Source: Methanotrichaceae archaeon
GTDB lineage: Archaea; Halobacteriota; Methanosarcinia; Methanotrichales; Methanotrichaceae
DNA length: 64,000 nt
Reading direction: 5' to 3'
Assembly (NCBI GenBank): GCA_963803145.1
Contig: CAWDLW010000018.1
Location: forward strand, 97,383 to 161,382
Made by a program: the position numbers and the translations under genes. Under the pieces are notes generated by a model, which did not search any database, was not told where the DNA came from, and saw only the letters and a list, made by a program, of their open reading frames with translations. Numbering within the stretch: position 1 is the stretch's first letter; every line of letters begins with the position of its first letter. Positions 22,449 to 33,395 of this stretch are shown here, piece after piece.

Positions 22449-23361
22449 CATTCAGCATGGATATCAGCTTTTCCAAAATTTCAGGAACCCCAGCGCCTGT
22501 CAAAGTAGACATTTTTGGAACATCCTCATAGTTAGTCAGGTCAGATTTGTTGGCGACAACTAGAACAGGAAGATTTACCCATTCTTTCAAATCCTCCGCA
22601 ACTCTAAGCTGAGATTCCAGCGGATAGCCGGAATGCTCACTCGGATCGATTATGAAGAGCACAACGCCCTGCAGGTGGCGCAAGACTGCTACGGCCTGGC
22701 GCTCTATCTCATTACGCTCAGATAAAGGTCTATCTAGAAGCCCGGGAGTATCTACAACTTGGTATTTCTGATTGTCCCGTATAAAGTGCCCAACGTAAAC
22801 TCCTCTTGTCGTAAAAGGATAGCTTGCTATCTCAGGTCTCGCACCTGTGACACTCACAATAAAGCTTGATTTGCCGACATTCGGATAGCCGGCGATCAGT
22901 ATCGTGGGAAGTTCAGGATCTATCATCGGCATCCTTCGAAGCTTATTTCGGGCAACATTTAGGAAGAGCAAATCTTTCTCAATCGACTTGATGACAGATG
23001 ACATTCGCCCAAATGCTCCTCTTCTAATAGCAGGCCCTGTTCCCATCTTATCTCGCTTTATCCTGGCAATATGCTCCTTTGTGATATCCTTTATTTGCTT
23101 TGAGGCCCATCGCAACCTAGAGAGGCTGATGCGGATGGCATCAACGCCAACTATGATATCTACCATCTCCCGATAGAATGGCGGAAGGTTTTCAAATGAT
23201 GGAAATTTCCTTATCAAATTTGATAAATTATCGGATAGGATATTACCTGCAGTCTGTATCTTGGATTCATCCGTTTCTGAACGGATTGATGCACGCCTGA
23301 ATGCCTTATCCAATAATTCCTGTGAGGTAGGTACTGTCGGGAGTCGTTCAAACATCCTCAA
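22432..23361 (-). CDS. NOG1-family GTP-binding protein
   Basis: GYPNVGKSS, YPFTT, DTPGLLDRP and NKSD motifs. Confidence 0.93.
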   Translation of the reverse strand: MRMFERLPTVPTSQELLDKAFRRASIRSETDESKIQTAGNILSDNLSNLIRKFPSFENLPPFYREMVDIIVGVDAIRISLSRLRWASKQIKDITKEHIARIKRDKMGTGPAIRRGAFGRMSSVIKSIEKDLLFLNVARNKLRRMPMIDPELPTILIAGYPNVGKSSFIVSVTGARPEIASYPFTTRGVYVGHFIRDNQKYQVVDTPGLLDRPLSERNEIERQAVAVLRHLQGVVLFIIDPSEHSGYPLESQLRVAEDLKEWVNLPVLVVANKSDLTNYEDVPKMSTLTGAGVPEILEKLISMLNAKNSA

Positions 23362-23478
23362 TTACTAGCCGGCGGGAGCAGATAAACCTTTAGGAGGGGG
23401 GGCGGAAGTGGTAGTTTAATAAAATGTTTTCGATAGGTTTAAATATAACCTATAGCACTATATAGATGAGGTGACCAT

Positions 23479-23754
23479 TTGAAAAGGTTGGGCACCGCGC
23501 TTCATGTAGTACAGAAGAGACTAATTGTGCGTGGCGAGCTGTTGGAAGGAAGCGAGGTTATTGCTCCCAGGGTTAATTCTTTGGTAGTCGATCAGAAGAA
23601 GACCAAGATCGGGAGAGTTTTTGATATATTCGGCCCTGTGAAACATCCGTACATTATCGTCAGACCAAACAAAGGAATTGACGCTGCAGCCCACGTCGGG
23701 AAAAAGCTCTATGTAGAGGAGACGTCGGGGAGAGATGGTAAGTGGAAGAGATAG
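23479..23754 (+). CDS. gar1: H/ACA RNP protein Gar1/Naf1
   Basis: [15 protein letters not shown] motif; conserved position upstream of tfb. Confidence 0.9.
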   Translation: MKRLGTALHVVQKRLIVRGELLEGSEVIAPRVNSLVVDQKKTKIGRVFDIFGPVKHPYIIVRPNKGIDAAAHVGKKLYVEETSGRDGKWKR

Positions 23755-24755
23755 AGAAGATTCGTGAGATTGAGAGGACTGAGCAAGAGAAGATCCGGGA
23801 AAAAACCCGGCTGAAGCGAGAGAAGGAGAAGGTAGACGAGTTCGAGAAGTTCACTGTGGAGTGTCCCGAGTGCAAGAGCCATACTCTTGTACGCGATTAT
23901 GAAAGGGCGGAGCTTGTCTGCGCGGAATGCGGCCTGGTCATAGACGAGAACTTCATAGATCAAGGGCCTGAATGGAGAGCCTTCGATCATGATCAGCGTA
24001 TGAAGAGATCGAGGGTTGGAGCGCCCATGACCTACACTATTCACGATAAGGGCCTCTCGACTATGATAGATTGGAGGAATAGAGACTCTTATGGAAAGAC
24101 CATATCCTCCAAAAACAGAGCGCAGCTTTATAGACTCAGGAAGTGGCAGAGGCGCATCAGAGTCAGCAACGCCACTGAGAGAAACCTGGCGTTTGCTCTG
24201 TCTGAGCTGGATAGGATGGCTTCTGCCTTAGGTCTCTCGAGGAACGTCCGAGAAACTGCAGCTGTAGTTTATAGAAAGGCTGTTGATAAGAACCTGATCC
24301 GCGGAAGATCCATTGAGGGTGTGGCAGCAGCTGCGCTTTATGCAGCCTGCAGGCAGTGCAATGTTCCGCGAACTCTGGATGAGATAGCTGAGGTCTCAAG
24401 AGTCTCCAGAAAAGAGATCGGACGGACTTATAGATTCGTATCCCGTGAACTCGCACTGAAGCTCATGCCTACAAGCCCCATAGACTATATTCCCAGGTTT
24501 TGCTCAGGTCTGAACCTCAAGGGAGAGGTGCAGGCGAAGGGAATTGAGATCCTGAGGCAGGCAGCAGAGAAGGAGCTAACCTCCGGCCGAGGCCCAACTG
24601 GAGTAGCAGCAGCAGCAATTTACATTGCGTCCATCCTCTGCGGAGACCGCAGGACTCAGCGTGAAGTGGCCGATGTTGCAGGCGTGACAGAGGTCACAAT
24701 AAGGAACAGATACAAAGAACTGGCCGAAGAGCTGGATATAGAGATAATCCTTTAA
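23742..24755 (+). CDS. tfb: Transcription initiation factor IIB
   Basis: CPEC..C..CG Zn ribbon, [10 protein letters not shown], two cyclin repeats and [14 protein letters not shown]. Confidence 0.97.
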   Translation: MEEIEKIREIERTEQEKIREKTRLKREKEKVDEFEKFTVECPECKSHTLVRDYERAELVCAECGLVIDENFIDQGPEWRAFDHDQRMKRSRVGAPMTYTIHDKGLSTMIDWRNRDSYGKTISSKNRAQLYRLRKWQRRIRVSNATERNLAFALSELDRMASALGLSRNVRETAAVVYRKAVDKNLIRGRSIEGVAAAALYAACRQCNVPRTLDEIAEVSRVSRKEIGRTYRFVSRELALKLMPTSPIDYIPRFCSGLNLKGEVQAKGIEILRQAAEKELTSGRGPTGVAAAAIYIASILCGDRRTQREVADVAGVTEVTIRNRYKELAEELDIEIIL

Positions 24756-24886
24756 ATCTCTATTTCTACTCTATTCTATTTTGTCTTTATTTTAATAGAT
24801 GTAGAGACTAAAACCTAAACCAAAAGCCAAGGACATAAGCCCTATGCTTTTGGCCGAATGTTTATTTATTCTTTTTATAAAGAGTT

Positions 24887-25603
24887 TCACCAGACGTAAA
24901 TCCACAGCACGTTACTCCAACCTGATTGGCTTCCCCAGACTGCAATCTGGTGCCAGCCGGATGCATCTCCTACGAATAATCTGTTGATGTATCCAGGGTA
25001 CAAGTAGCCCCAGTTGTGCCAATCTACATATCCATTGGGATAAAGCTCATAAGACCAGAGGTACTGGCCCTGATCATTGTTTACAACAATGTTCATCCTG
25101 CCGTTGTAATTTACGGCTGTTGCGTCCTTGGTCCATTGTCCGTTGTAGTAAGCCCACTGCTCTAGTCCGGTAAGAACAAGGTATGCCTTAACCTGGCCGC
25201 CTGTGGAGGCCTTCGAGCTTTGAGGCGCTCCGCCGAGCTGCGCCAATTGATTATTGGTCAAAGCCTGCCCCTGGGGAAGGCTTTCTGCTACCGTGCCTGT
25301 GGATGCTGATGGTGTATACTGCGGCTGCTGACCTGCTGAAGGGCCAGAAGAAGGATGGTCGACAAAATTTTGCTGATTATTCCCCTGGTTGCCCTGTCCC
25401 TGTTGATTTCCTTGTCCAGAGGGATATTGCCCCTGCTGGCCAGGCGGACTTGGCGGATAGGGCTGATTTCCTGAGCCAGAATATCCAGGTGGATAAGGCG
25501 GATTCGAATAGCCGCCGTCAGGTGGTGGCTGTGCGATAACACAAACTGCTAACGATGTTATGATTACGACTATCATCGCAATCAAAAGCATTGACCTACT
25601 CAT
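24887..25603 (-). CDS. Secreted Pro/Gln/Gly-rich hypothetical protein
   Basis: Signal peptide, low-complexity linker and a Trp-rich C-terminal domain. Confidence 0.75.
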   Translation of the reverse strand: MSRSMLLIAMIVVIITSLAVCVIAQPPPDGGYSNPPYPPGYSGSGNQPYPPSPPGQQGQYPSGQGNQQGQGNQGNNQQNFVDHPSSGPSAGQQPQYTPSASTGTVAESLPQGQALTNNQLAQLGGAPQSSKASTGGQVKAYLVLTGLEQWAYYNGQWTKDATAVNYNGRMNIVVNNDQGQYLWSYELYPNGYVDWHNWGYLYPGYINRLFVGDASGWHQIAVWGSQSGWSNVLWIYVW

Positions 25604-25951
25604 TATATCTCAATCCTCCACCTACCCAGAAAAGACCGTATTGTAGCATTAAACAGACTAAAGTATTTCGTATACTTCTTGAAATAAATTGCCTTCTGGG
25701 TATGTATTAAGATATCCATCTTCTGATAATATAAACTTATGCTATAGATTTACATAGACTTAAATTTTTAATATTCGTGCAAGCTAATATCAATAATCTC
25801 TTGATTCACATAGCAAAGGATGACGAAACTCGATAGGCTAATTAATGCTGGTTATAAGCTAGTATTCACTAAACAGGAATGTTACATATGGAAAAGGTTA
25901 AAAACTAAGAGATATAAAATATATTATTCTATAATCGCTTTATACTCACAT

Positions 25952-26255
25952 CGCTTTATACTCACCGTAGGTTCAGGCGAGAATCTGAACGAGCATATTC
26001 TAGGAGACCGCTGGCCTCCTGCGCCAATAAGAACAGAGATGCTTGAAGAGGCTGTCGATATCATCAGGCAACTCTTACAGGGAGGCACACAGAGTATCAT
26101 GGAATCTTTTATACAGTAGAGAACGCCCGCATCTATACGCTCCCTAAGGAGCCTCCAACCATTCTTATGGCTGCTACAGGAGAGATTACTGCAGAGGCCG
26201 CATGCAGAACAGGCGATGACCTGGTTAACTCAGCAGCGGATAAAGAGGTATTTCA
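25952..26255 (+). pseudogene. Fragment of an F420-dependent LLM-class oxidoreductase (G6PDH-like)
   Basis: RFILTVGSGENLNEHILGDRWPP...MLEEAVDIIRQL, a frameshift near 26093, then YHGIFYTVENARIYTLP..PPTILMAA. Both termini are missing. Confidence 0.75.
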
Positions 26256-26969
26256 AAGAGATGTTTTATCTCCTATCTTTCTGCAGAAATAAGCACATAT
26301 AAAGCCATCTTGATACTCTGCTCTCTCCACATTGAACCCGGCCCGTTCTATCATTCCCTTCATGATCCAATCAAATGTTGAATATTCGTTCTTGATGTGA
26401 GCTGCGATGCGATCGGAGAACTCTGGACCCATGGTCTTAGATGCTTTCGATATATAATTCTCGAAGAAGCTTTCGTACTCCCGAATGTCAAAGGAGTAAA
26501 TCATATCCCTCAGGCATAACTTGCCGCCATCCTTAAGCATATCCGCCACGCGGATCAAAGCAACCTGCTTCCAGAAGTCAGGCAGGTGATGAAGAGCAAT
26601 CTGGGTGACTACAGCATCCAAAGGACTGCCATGATGCTGGTATGTCAGGAAACCTCCCTGGATGAACTCTATGTTGTTTATACCCTGCGATTTTGCTTTT
26701 TTATCGGCATACATCAGCATGCCTGACGATAGGTCCACAGCATAAACTTTGGCGCAATGGCGGGCCGCAGCCAATGCGAACTCTCCTGTGCCTGTGCCTA
26801 TCTCCAGAACCATCTGGTCGGGCTGCAGATCGAGGAAGTCTAGAATCTCGCCGATTTCTCCCTGAATATCTCGGAATTTCTGCATATTCCTGTCGTAGGT
26901 TTCAGCCAATGCATCAAAGTCGGCTCCGGGATGACTTGGCTCATTGTATTGCCAACTTGGAATTTTCAC
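26253..26969 (-). CDS. Class I SAM-dependent methyltransferase
   Basis: VLEIGTGTG, AVDLS and ALHHLPDFWKQ motifs. Likely GTG start at 26969, just after the truA stop. Confidence 0.88.
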   Translation of the reverse strand: MKIPSWQYNEPSHPGADFDALAETYDRNMQKFRDIQGEIGEILDFLDLQPDQMVLEIGTGTGEFALAAARHCAKVYAVDLSSGMLMYADKKAKSQGINNIEFIQGGFLTYQHHGSPLDAVVTQIALHHLPDFWKQVALIRVADMLKDGGKLCLRDMIYSFDIREYESFFENYISKASKTMGPEFSDRIAAHIKNEYSTFDWIMKGMIERAGFNVERAEYQDGFICAYFCRKIGDKTSL

Positions 26970-26971
26970 TT

Positions 26972-27769
26972 TTATTTCTCCATCGCCCTCTGCATCGCCC
27001 TTGCCACCTGTGCCGATGCCATTCGCCTTTGCACCGTCGCCGTCAGCATCTTCGCCGCCCTTTTCATCGAGTATTCGTCCACATGCCACTCAATTCCCTC
27101 ATAGCCCACATCCATGAGGATCAGTCCTTCCGCCGGAGCCATAGGTGCGCCGCAGTTCAGACCAGAGTTTAGAAGATCGTAAATCCATTCGGGCTTTTTC
27201 TCTCCAGCGCCGATCATCTCCAAAGTGCAGACGATCTTTCGAACCATGTTCCAGAGAAAACCATCAGCTCGAACATCGAACACGAAAAGGCCGTCCTGCT
27301 CGGCGACATCCAATCGTAGAATTCTTCGAACTGTGTCTTCCTTGCATGATGAGAAATTCCTGAAATCGTGCTCTCCAAGAAGCTGCTTTGCGGCTGAACG
27401 CATCAGCTCAAGATCTAAGCCGGGATACCATAAAATATAGCGGTACTCCCGCCAGACTGCGCTCCGCCTTGAATCAAAGCTTTTGGGCACAGTAGCGGAG
27501 GCCCATGCCCAGATGTCACGCGGCATGCGGCCATTGATGCATCTTGGCCTGGCAAGATTTGCTTTATCCTCATCTATTTTGAAGTCGATGACTTGCCCTA
27601 GTGCAGAGACTCCTCTGTCAGTCCTGCCGGCGTAGTCAAAATAGCCATCTGCAACCCCGATATTTGCCAGCGCCTTTCTGACCTCCGAATCTATTGTCAC
27701 AAGGTTGGGCTGTCGCTGGAAGCCGTAATAGTTGTCTCCTAAATAAGCCAGCTTCAATGCGACTTTCAT
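26972..27769 (-). CDS. truA: tRNA pseudouridine(38-40) synthase
   Basis: GFQRQP, AGRTDRGVSALGQV, GEHDFRNF and FLWNMVR motifs. Confidence 0.95.
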   Translation of the reverse strand: MKVALKLAYLGDNYYGFQRQPNLVTIDSEVRKALANIGVADGYFDYAGRTDRGVSALGQVIDFKIDEDKANLARPRCINGRMPRDIWAWASATVPKSFDSRRSAVWREYRYILWYPGLDLELMRSAAKQLLGEHDFRNFSSCKEDTVRRILRLDVAEQDGLFVFDVRADGFLWNMVRKIVCTLEMIGAGEKKPEWIYDLLNSGLNCGAPMAPAEGLILMDVGYEGIEWHVDEYSMKRAAKMLTATVQRRMASAQVARAMQRAMEK

Positions 27770-27794
27770 CTTGACCTTGCCAAAAATCCTCGTT

Positions 27795-27883
27795 CTTTGT
27801 GTCCTTTGTGCTCTTTGTGGTTGATTCTTGTTCGTTTGGCAGCAACAAAACTAAATTCACCACGAAGGCACGAAGATACAAAG
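27795..27883. repeat. REP-like palindrome made of 9-bp periodic units
   Basis: Left arm CTTTGTGTCCTTTGTGCTCTTTGTGGT is an imperfect inverted repeat of right arm ACCACGAAGGCACGAAGATACAAAG. Confidence 0.7.
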
Positions 27884-27904
27884 ACGCCAGATGATAGAGA
27901 GCAT

Positions 27905-29197
27905 TTAGATCTCTCTAGGATCTGTAATATATCCAGTGATTGCGCTTGCTCCAGCTGTTGCAGGCGAAGCCAGGTAGACGAAGCCCTTCGGGCTGCCCTG
28001 TCTGCCCAGGAAGTTGCGGTTTGATGTAGAAAGGCTGACCTCTCCGGGACCGATCAGTCCAAAGCTTCCGCCCATGCACGGACCGCAGCATGGCGACTCG
28101 ACCATTGCCCCGGCCTCCATGAACTTTTCCACAAGCCCTGCCTTGAGAACCTTCATATACTCCTCACGGCTTGCGGGCACCACTATCATCCTCACGCCTT
28201 TTGCCAGCGGCTCTCCATGCATCAGATCACATGCGAGCTTGATATCCTCGAACCTTCCATTGGTACAGGAGCCGAGGAAGACCTGGTCGATCTTTGTCTC
28301 AGGGACCTCGCTGATAGGGAGCACATTATCTACTTTGTGAGGAAGCGCAATCTGCGGCTCAAGATTGCTTACATCCCAATGTTTCTTTAAGGCATCTGCA
28401 TCCTCATCGCCATAGACTAAGTTCTGCCGTATGGCTGCTTCATCCTTGACACGGTCCCTGAGATAGCTGATAGTAGTATCATCAGGCTCGATGATGCCAG
28501 CTTTTCCCCCCATCTCTATAGCCATATTGCTCATGGTCATTCTCTCAGGAACACTCATCCTTGATACGGCCCCGCCCCTGAACTCACAGGCCATGTAATT
28601 TGCCCCGTCTGCTCCGACATCTCCAATTATCCTGAGAATTACATCCTTCGATGTCACATTTCTGGGGAGCATGCCCTCGATCATGAGCTGCAATGTTTTG
28701 GGCACCATGAACCAGAGCTTGCCGATGGCAAAGACTGCGGACATATCAGTCGAGCCTATGCCTGTTGCAAAAGCACCCAAAGCTCCATAGGTGCAGGTAT
28801 GAGAATCCGTTCCAACGATAATGTCGCCCGGAAGAACGTGCCCTCTCTCAGGCATCACCTGGTGGCATACACCACAGAATATATCATAATTCAATATCCC
28901 CTGCTCGTTCGCGAACTTGCGCAGCATGATGTGGTTCTCAGCCGCCTTCAAGCTATCAGCAGGAACCTGATGATCGAATAATACTACTATTTTAGTTGGG
29001 TCCCAAACTTTGGCATCCCCGCCTGCAATCTCGTAAAATCCCTTTACCGCCAGTGGGCCGGTGATGTCGTGGATCATCGCACGATCTATCTCAGCCATCA
29101 CAAACTCGCCTGCTCGTGCAGTCTTGTTTGCCGCTCTGGAAAATATCTTCTCAGACAGGGTTTGGCCAGTCATGGAGTTGGGCATCTCAGCCATCAT
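27905..29197 (-). CDS. 3-isopropylmalate dehydratase / homoaconitase large subunit
   Basis: [24 protein letters not shown] and STSNRNF motifs. leuC versus hacA cannot be resolved by eye. Confidence 0.93.
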   Translation of the reverse strand: MMAEMPNSMTGQTLSEKIFSRAANKTARAGEFVMAEIDRAMIHDITGPLAVKGFYEIAGGDAKVWDPTKIVVLFDHQVPADSLKAAENHIMLRKFANEQGILNYDIFCGVCHQVMPERGHVLPGDIIVGTDSHTCTYGALGAFATGIGSTDMSAVFAIGKLWFMVPKTLQLMIEGMLPRNVTSKDVILRIIGDVGADGANYMACEFRGGAVSRMSVPERMTMSNMAIEMGGKAGIIEPDDTTISYLRDRVKDEAAIRQNLVYGDEDADALKKHWDVSNLEPQIALPHKVDNVLPISEVPETKIDQVFLGSCTNGRFEDIKLACDLMHGEPLAKGVRMIVVPASREEYMKVLKAGLVEKFMEAGAMVESPCCGPCMGGSFGLIGPGEVSLSTSNRNFLGRQGSPKGFVYLASPATAGASAITGYITDPREI

Positions 29198-29318
29198 AAA
29201 TAAATCTTCACATTCCTTAGTTAGAGCTGCTCTTCGGCAATCGAAAAGGGTTTAAATAAGATCGTTATAATCAACGATGTACATAAGATGGCATTATAGC
29301 AGAAAGTTGGAGATTTTT

Positions 29319-30671
29319 ATGAAGGTCAAGTTCTTGCTGGATGAAGAAGAGATACCGAAGAGATGGTATAACGTAGCTGCAGATCTGCTGACACCCCTTG
29401 ATCCGCCTTTGAATCCCCAGACGGGAGAGATATTGAAGCCGGAGGATGCTGAGGTCATCTTTCCAAAGGAACTCATTAGGCAGGAGATGTCTACCGATAG
29501 GTGGATAGATATCCCTGATGAGGTGCGCGAGATCTACAAGCTATGGAGGCCGACCCCTCTCTACCGTGCAGCGCGACTTGAGAAGGCACTCAAAACACCG
29601 GCGAAGATCTACTACAAGTACGAGGGTGTCTCGCCTGCGGGCAGCCATAAGCCGAACACATCTGTTCCCCAGGCCTACTATAACATGAAGGAGGGCATAG
29701 AACGCCTTGCAACTGAAACAGGTGCAGGACAATGGGGCTCTGCGCTGAGCATGGCCACATGCCTTTTCGGCATGAAGTGTACAGTCTATATGGTACGTTC
29801 GAGCTATGATAGCAAGCCCTATAGAAGGAGCGCCATGCGCGTATGGGGTGCCGAATGTCTACCGAGCCCGTCCGATAGGACCAACTACGGAAGGAAAGTA
29901 CTTGCAGAGATGCCGGACACTCCAGGATCCTTGGGAATCGCTATCTCCGAGGCAGTCGAGGATGCCGCTACACATGATGATACCAACTATGCCCTCGGAT
30001 CTGTCCTAAACCATGTGCTTATCCATCAAACTGTTGAAGGTCAGGAGCTGAAGAAGCAGTTCGAGATGGCAGATGATTATCCTGATGTGATGTTTGGCTG
30101 CTGCGGAGGAGGAAGCAACTTCCCGGGCATGTGCCTGCCCTTCATACCGGACAAGCTAAAGGATAAAAAGGACCTGCGCATGGTGGCCTGTGAGCCGACC
30201 GCTTGTCCAACATTGACAAAAGGCATCTATGCCTACGACTTCGGCGATACTGCAGGAATGGCCCCGATATTAAAGATGTACACACTCGGTCACGACTTCG
30301 TCCCGCCGGGGATTCACGCAGGGGGCTTACGCTATCATGGAGATGCTCCGGTGCTCTGTAATCTTGTCCATGACCGCCTGATCGAGGCAACCGCTTTACA
30401 ACAAAATGAGGTCTTCCAGGCTGCGACCATATTTGCACGCAGCGAAGCCATCATCCCGGCGCCTGAATCAGCACATGCCATCAAGCCCGCGATAGATGAG
30501 GCTCTCAAGTGCAGGCAGACGGGAGAGGCCAAGACCATCTTCATATCGCTCTCAGGCCACGGCCACTTCGATATGTCAGCCTACGATGCGTTCAATGATG
30601 GGCTGCTGGTGGACTACGAGTATCCTGCAGATCTGGTGAAGCAGTCCCTTGCAAAGCTGCCAAAGGTCTAA
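29319..30671 (+). CDS. trpB2: TrpB2-type tryptophan synthase beta-like PLP enzyme
   Basis: [19 protein letters not shown] and [10 protein letters not shown] motifs. Confidence 0.93.
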   Translation: MKVKFLLDEEEIPKRWYNVAADLLTPLDPPLNPQTGEILKPEDAEVIFPKELIRQEMSTDRWIDIPDEVREIYKLWRPTPLYRAARLEKALKTPAKIYYKYEGVSPAGSHKPNTSVPQAYYNMKEGIERLATETGAGQWGSALSMATCLFGMKCTVYMVRSSYDSKPYRRSAMRVWGAECLPSPSDRTNYGRKVLAEMPDTPGSLGIAISEAVEDAATHDDTNYALGSVLNHVLIHQTVEGQELKKQFEMADDYPDVMFGCCGGGSNFPGMCLPFIPDKLKDKKDLRMVACEPTACPTLTKGIYAYDFGDTAGMAPILKMYTLGHDFVPPGIHAGGLRYHGDAPVLCNLVHDRLIEATALQQNEVFQAATIFARSEAIIPAPESAHAIKPAIDEALKCRQTGEAKTIFISLSGHGHFDMSAYDAFNDGLLVDYEYPADLVKQSLAKLPKV

Positions 30672-31782
30672 AATCGGCTTTCTGATAAATCCCGTGGCAG
30701 GCATGGGCGGGGCTGTGGGCCTGAAGGGCACTGACGGCCTCGCCCTTGAAGCTTTAGCTAGGGGCGCCCAGCCTCTGGCGCCCGAGAGGGCAAAAGCATG
30801 CCTGAGACTGATGGCGCTGCAGGCCGAAAACATTCTTTTTTTAACTGCCAGCGGCGAGATGGGCGAGAGGGCGCTCGATGAATGCTGCCTGAGATTCTCA
30901 GTTGTCTATAAAGCGCATGAACATTCCAGCGCCGAGGATACAAAATCAGCGTGCAATGCATTTTTGGAGCAGGACGTTAACATGATCCTGTTCTGTGGCG
31001 GCGATGGAACCGCAAGAGATGTGGCATCCGTTTCTAGAAGTGTACCTCTGCTCGGCATCCCGGCAGGAGTCAAGATGCATTCAGGGGTGTTTGCCATCAG
31101 TCCTGAGGCTGCAGCGGAGCTAAGCCTGGGATACCTTCGAGGCGAGCTAAAGACGAGAGAAACTGAGATCGTAGACGTGGACGAGGAACTTTATCGAGGA
31201 GGGGAGCTTCAGACAAAGCTCTACTCAACCTCAATGACTCCATACAAGCCTGTTTTAGTCCAGGAGAGGAAGAGAATCTACAGCTCGAGGAGCGAGGAGG
31301 AGTTCAAGGATCAGATCGCCCTATTTGCAAAAGAGTTCATGCGAGACGGCTCTGCTTATATCCTGGGTGCAGGCACCACTACTGCCAGAATAGCTGATAT
31401 GCTAGGGCTGGAGAAGACACTGCTGGGTGTGGATGTGGTCCAAGACGGCCATCTCATTTTGAAGGATGCATCTGAGCAGGACCTTCTGAGGCTACTCGAC
31501 CGTGAGAAGAACGTTAAGATTATTGTCAGTCCAATTGGCGCTCAGGGATTCATCCTGGGCCGAGGCAGCCAGCAGATCAGCGCCAAAGTACTTCAGCGTG
31601 TTGGAGTCGAGAATTTGATAATAGTATCGACTCCACATAAGCTGGCAGAGCTGAAAAGGCTTCTTGTGGATACAGGCGATGCCAAGCTGGATAAGATGCT
31701 GTCTGGGCGATTGCTGGTGGTGACTGGCTACAGGATGGCTCAAAGGAAGGATGTGATGGCTGCATCGGATTTGAACCAATAA
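30649..31782 (+). CDS. ATP-NAD kinase (AcoX-like) family protein
   Basis: [37 protein letters not shown] and GRGSQQIS motifs. Confidence 0.88.
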   Translation: MQSCQRSKIGFLINPVAGMGGAVGLKGTDGLALEALARGAQPLAPERAKACLRLMALQAENILFLTASGEMGERALDECCLRFSVVYKAHEHSSAEDTKSACNAFLEQDVNMILFCGGDGTARDVASVSRSVPLLGIPAGVKMHSGVFAISPEAAAELSLGYLRGELKTRETEIVDVDEELYRGGELQTKLYSTSMTPYKPVLVQERKRIYSSRSEEEFKDQIALFAKEFMRDGSAYILGAGTTTARIADMLGLEKTLLGVDVVQDGHLILKDASEQDLLRLLDREKNVKIIVSPIGAQGFILGRGSQQISAKVLQRVGVENLIIVSTPHKLAELKRLLVDTGDAKLDKMLSGRLLVVTGYRMAQRKDVMAASDLNQ

Positions 31783-31953
31783 TCTTAAAATTCTAAGAGG
31801 AAAATCTTGATCATAAGAAGGAGGGAGGCAAAAGTCTTGAAAAATGGAAAGATTCGACTTTTGCCTTATACTATATACGTCAATAGCCGAGATATATAGT
31901 TTTTGGTTAAAGCAAATAGATCAAGATAAGCCAAAGAAATAATCAGAGAATAA

Positions 31954-32442
31954 GTAATCGAGCCACGGGCAGACCAACGCTGAATTCACAACGCCCTTAT
32001 CAGAGGAGCCTATCACCGTAGTGTAGGCCGGTCCCGCCCAGAGCCTCGACATTAAAGCCTTGGCTCAAGGCAGCACAGCACTGGAATTTGACACAGCGTC
32101 CGTTTTAATGGATTCCAGCATCTTCAGGATGCTGAATCTGCGCCTGCCTTTGCCTCAGCTTATGCCGCGTCATGCCCCGGTCGTGTATTAGCGCGAGGCC
32201 TGCCGGCAGATTGCTATGCCAGTTATAGCATGCAACTTTCAGCCCGCCGACATTTCAGCCTCACAGGCTCATAGCCGAATGCATTACCACGACGGAATGC
32301 ATCTCCTGGAACAGGGAAGCGATCCTCCTAGGAGCGACCGCATGTTGCCCTTGGTAGGGCAAGCAATGTCACCTTGCCAAACAGAGCGTTATCGGATACG
32401 TTAAGCCCACGACACACCCGCCACCCCTTTGCATGGCGCGGC
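31954..32442 (-). ncRNA. Unidentified large structured ncRNA candidate (copy 1, ~490 nt)
   Basis: TATA box at 32461-32467, nested stems favouring the minus strand, a C(UACG)G loop and a T-rich 3' end. The 3' ~200 nt are homologous to 33396-33610. Confidence 0.65.
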
Positions 32443-32460
32443 AAACTAATCATATTAACA

Positions 32461-32473
32461 TTATAAATATTTG
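32461..32473 (-). promoter_or_regulatory. BRE/TATA promoter for ncRNA copy 1
   Basis: Minus strand CAAATATTTATAA lies about 25 nt upstream of the GCCGCG closing stem. Confidence 0.55.
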
Positions 32474-32589
32474 TAGTTTGCGGTTGAGAGCGGAGTTGAG
32501 AGGAAGGCTATTACTTCACCACGGGTCACAGATAGATGGCTTTGCCTAAGAGATATATTCTAAGCAAGCCAAGAGTAAAGGGGGAATGA

Positions 32590-32766
32590 GTGGTTAAGAA
32601 AGCAAAGAAGAAGAACGATGCTGTTATGACAGGCATCCTCGTTACCAAGTTCAAAATGGGGCTAATTACAGTTGAGGACCTGGGGGAGATGGCAAAGGAT
32701 ATAACAGGATCTGAGAGGGCATCGGCTGCAAAGAAGGTGCTCGCAGCGATTGAAGATTCTGCCTGA
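32590..32766 (+). CDS. Small basic hypothetical protein (58 aa)
   Basis: GTG start after a purine-rich RBS: MVKKAKKKNDAVMTGILVTKFKMGLITVEDLGEMAKDITGSERASAAKKVLAAIEDSA. Below the ORF-track size cutoff. Confidence 0.6.
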   Translation: MVKKAKKKNDAVMTGILVTKFKMGLITVEDLGEMAKDITGSERASAAKKVLAAIEDSA

Positions 32767-32822
32767 CCCCCTTGTAGGAAGGAGGCCCTCCAGTTACCAG
32801 ATCCTCCAGAGAGGCTTCAGAG

Positions 32823-33104
32823 CTACTCCAACTTTTCGGTGCCTACCTTCTTGACCTTCGGCTTCCAGATCTTGTCTGGCATCCAGGCTGGGGCATTGGC
32901 TGGCTTATCCACCTGCACGCGCTCTCCCTGGAATATGTGTAGCTTCTGCGTGCCACGCTCACGAAGCCTGATATCTGTAAAGCCTCTATTTGCTGCTTTT
33001 AGAGCTGCTTGCCTGGGCGATTTTCCCGTGAAGACTGCATTCTCTTCGCCCTTCTGATCTCTGAGGGCGAAGTTTCTGGGCTTCTTTTCTTCTTTCTCGG
33101 CCAT
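32823..33104 (-). CDS. Non-histone chromosomal protein MC1
   Basis: RNFALRD...VFTGKSPRQAALKAANRG..IRLRERGT..LHIF.G...PAWMP..IWKP.VKK. Confidence 0.95.
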   Translation of the reverse strand: MAEKEEKKPRNFALRDQKGEENAVFTGKSPRQAALKAANRGFTDIRLRERGTQKLHIFQGERVQVDKPANAPAWMPDKIWKPKVKKVGTEKLE

Positions 33105-33395
33105 GGTGATACCTTCCACACAAGGATGGATGTCTTAGAGAGCAAGAGTAATATTAATTTAATCCAGAAATAAGTGGTGCTGAGATTTAAGCTGCAATCA
33201 ATTATGAAGCATTACTCCTGGCTTGAAAGCTCCAAAGTGCGGAATATCCATTTAGGGAGCTGCAGAAAGATATAGGTTGAGGCTGCCAGACGGAAGCCCA
33301 GGAAGATGAAGACAGAGGCATTAGGGATAACAGGGGATGCACGAAGCCTATGAAATCGATAGCATGTTCCCATACTAGAAATAACCAGATAATAG

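Noticed and set aside
32270-32320. RNase P-like fragment TAGCCGAATG...GAACAG on the + strand
   Set aside because: No GAGGAAAGUCC-type P4 5' strand or ACAGAAnnnGGCUUA 3' strand, and most G-U pairs favour the minus strand. A cmscan run is still advisable.
33208-33216. 9-nt match (AAGCATTAC) to the sequence following the solitary repeat at 51946
   Set aside because: Too short and no TTA-like PAM; expected by chance.
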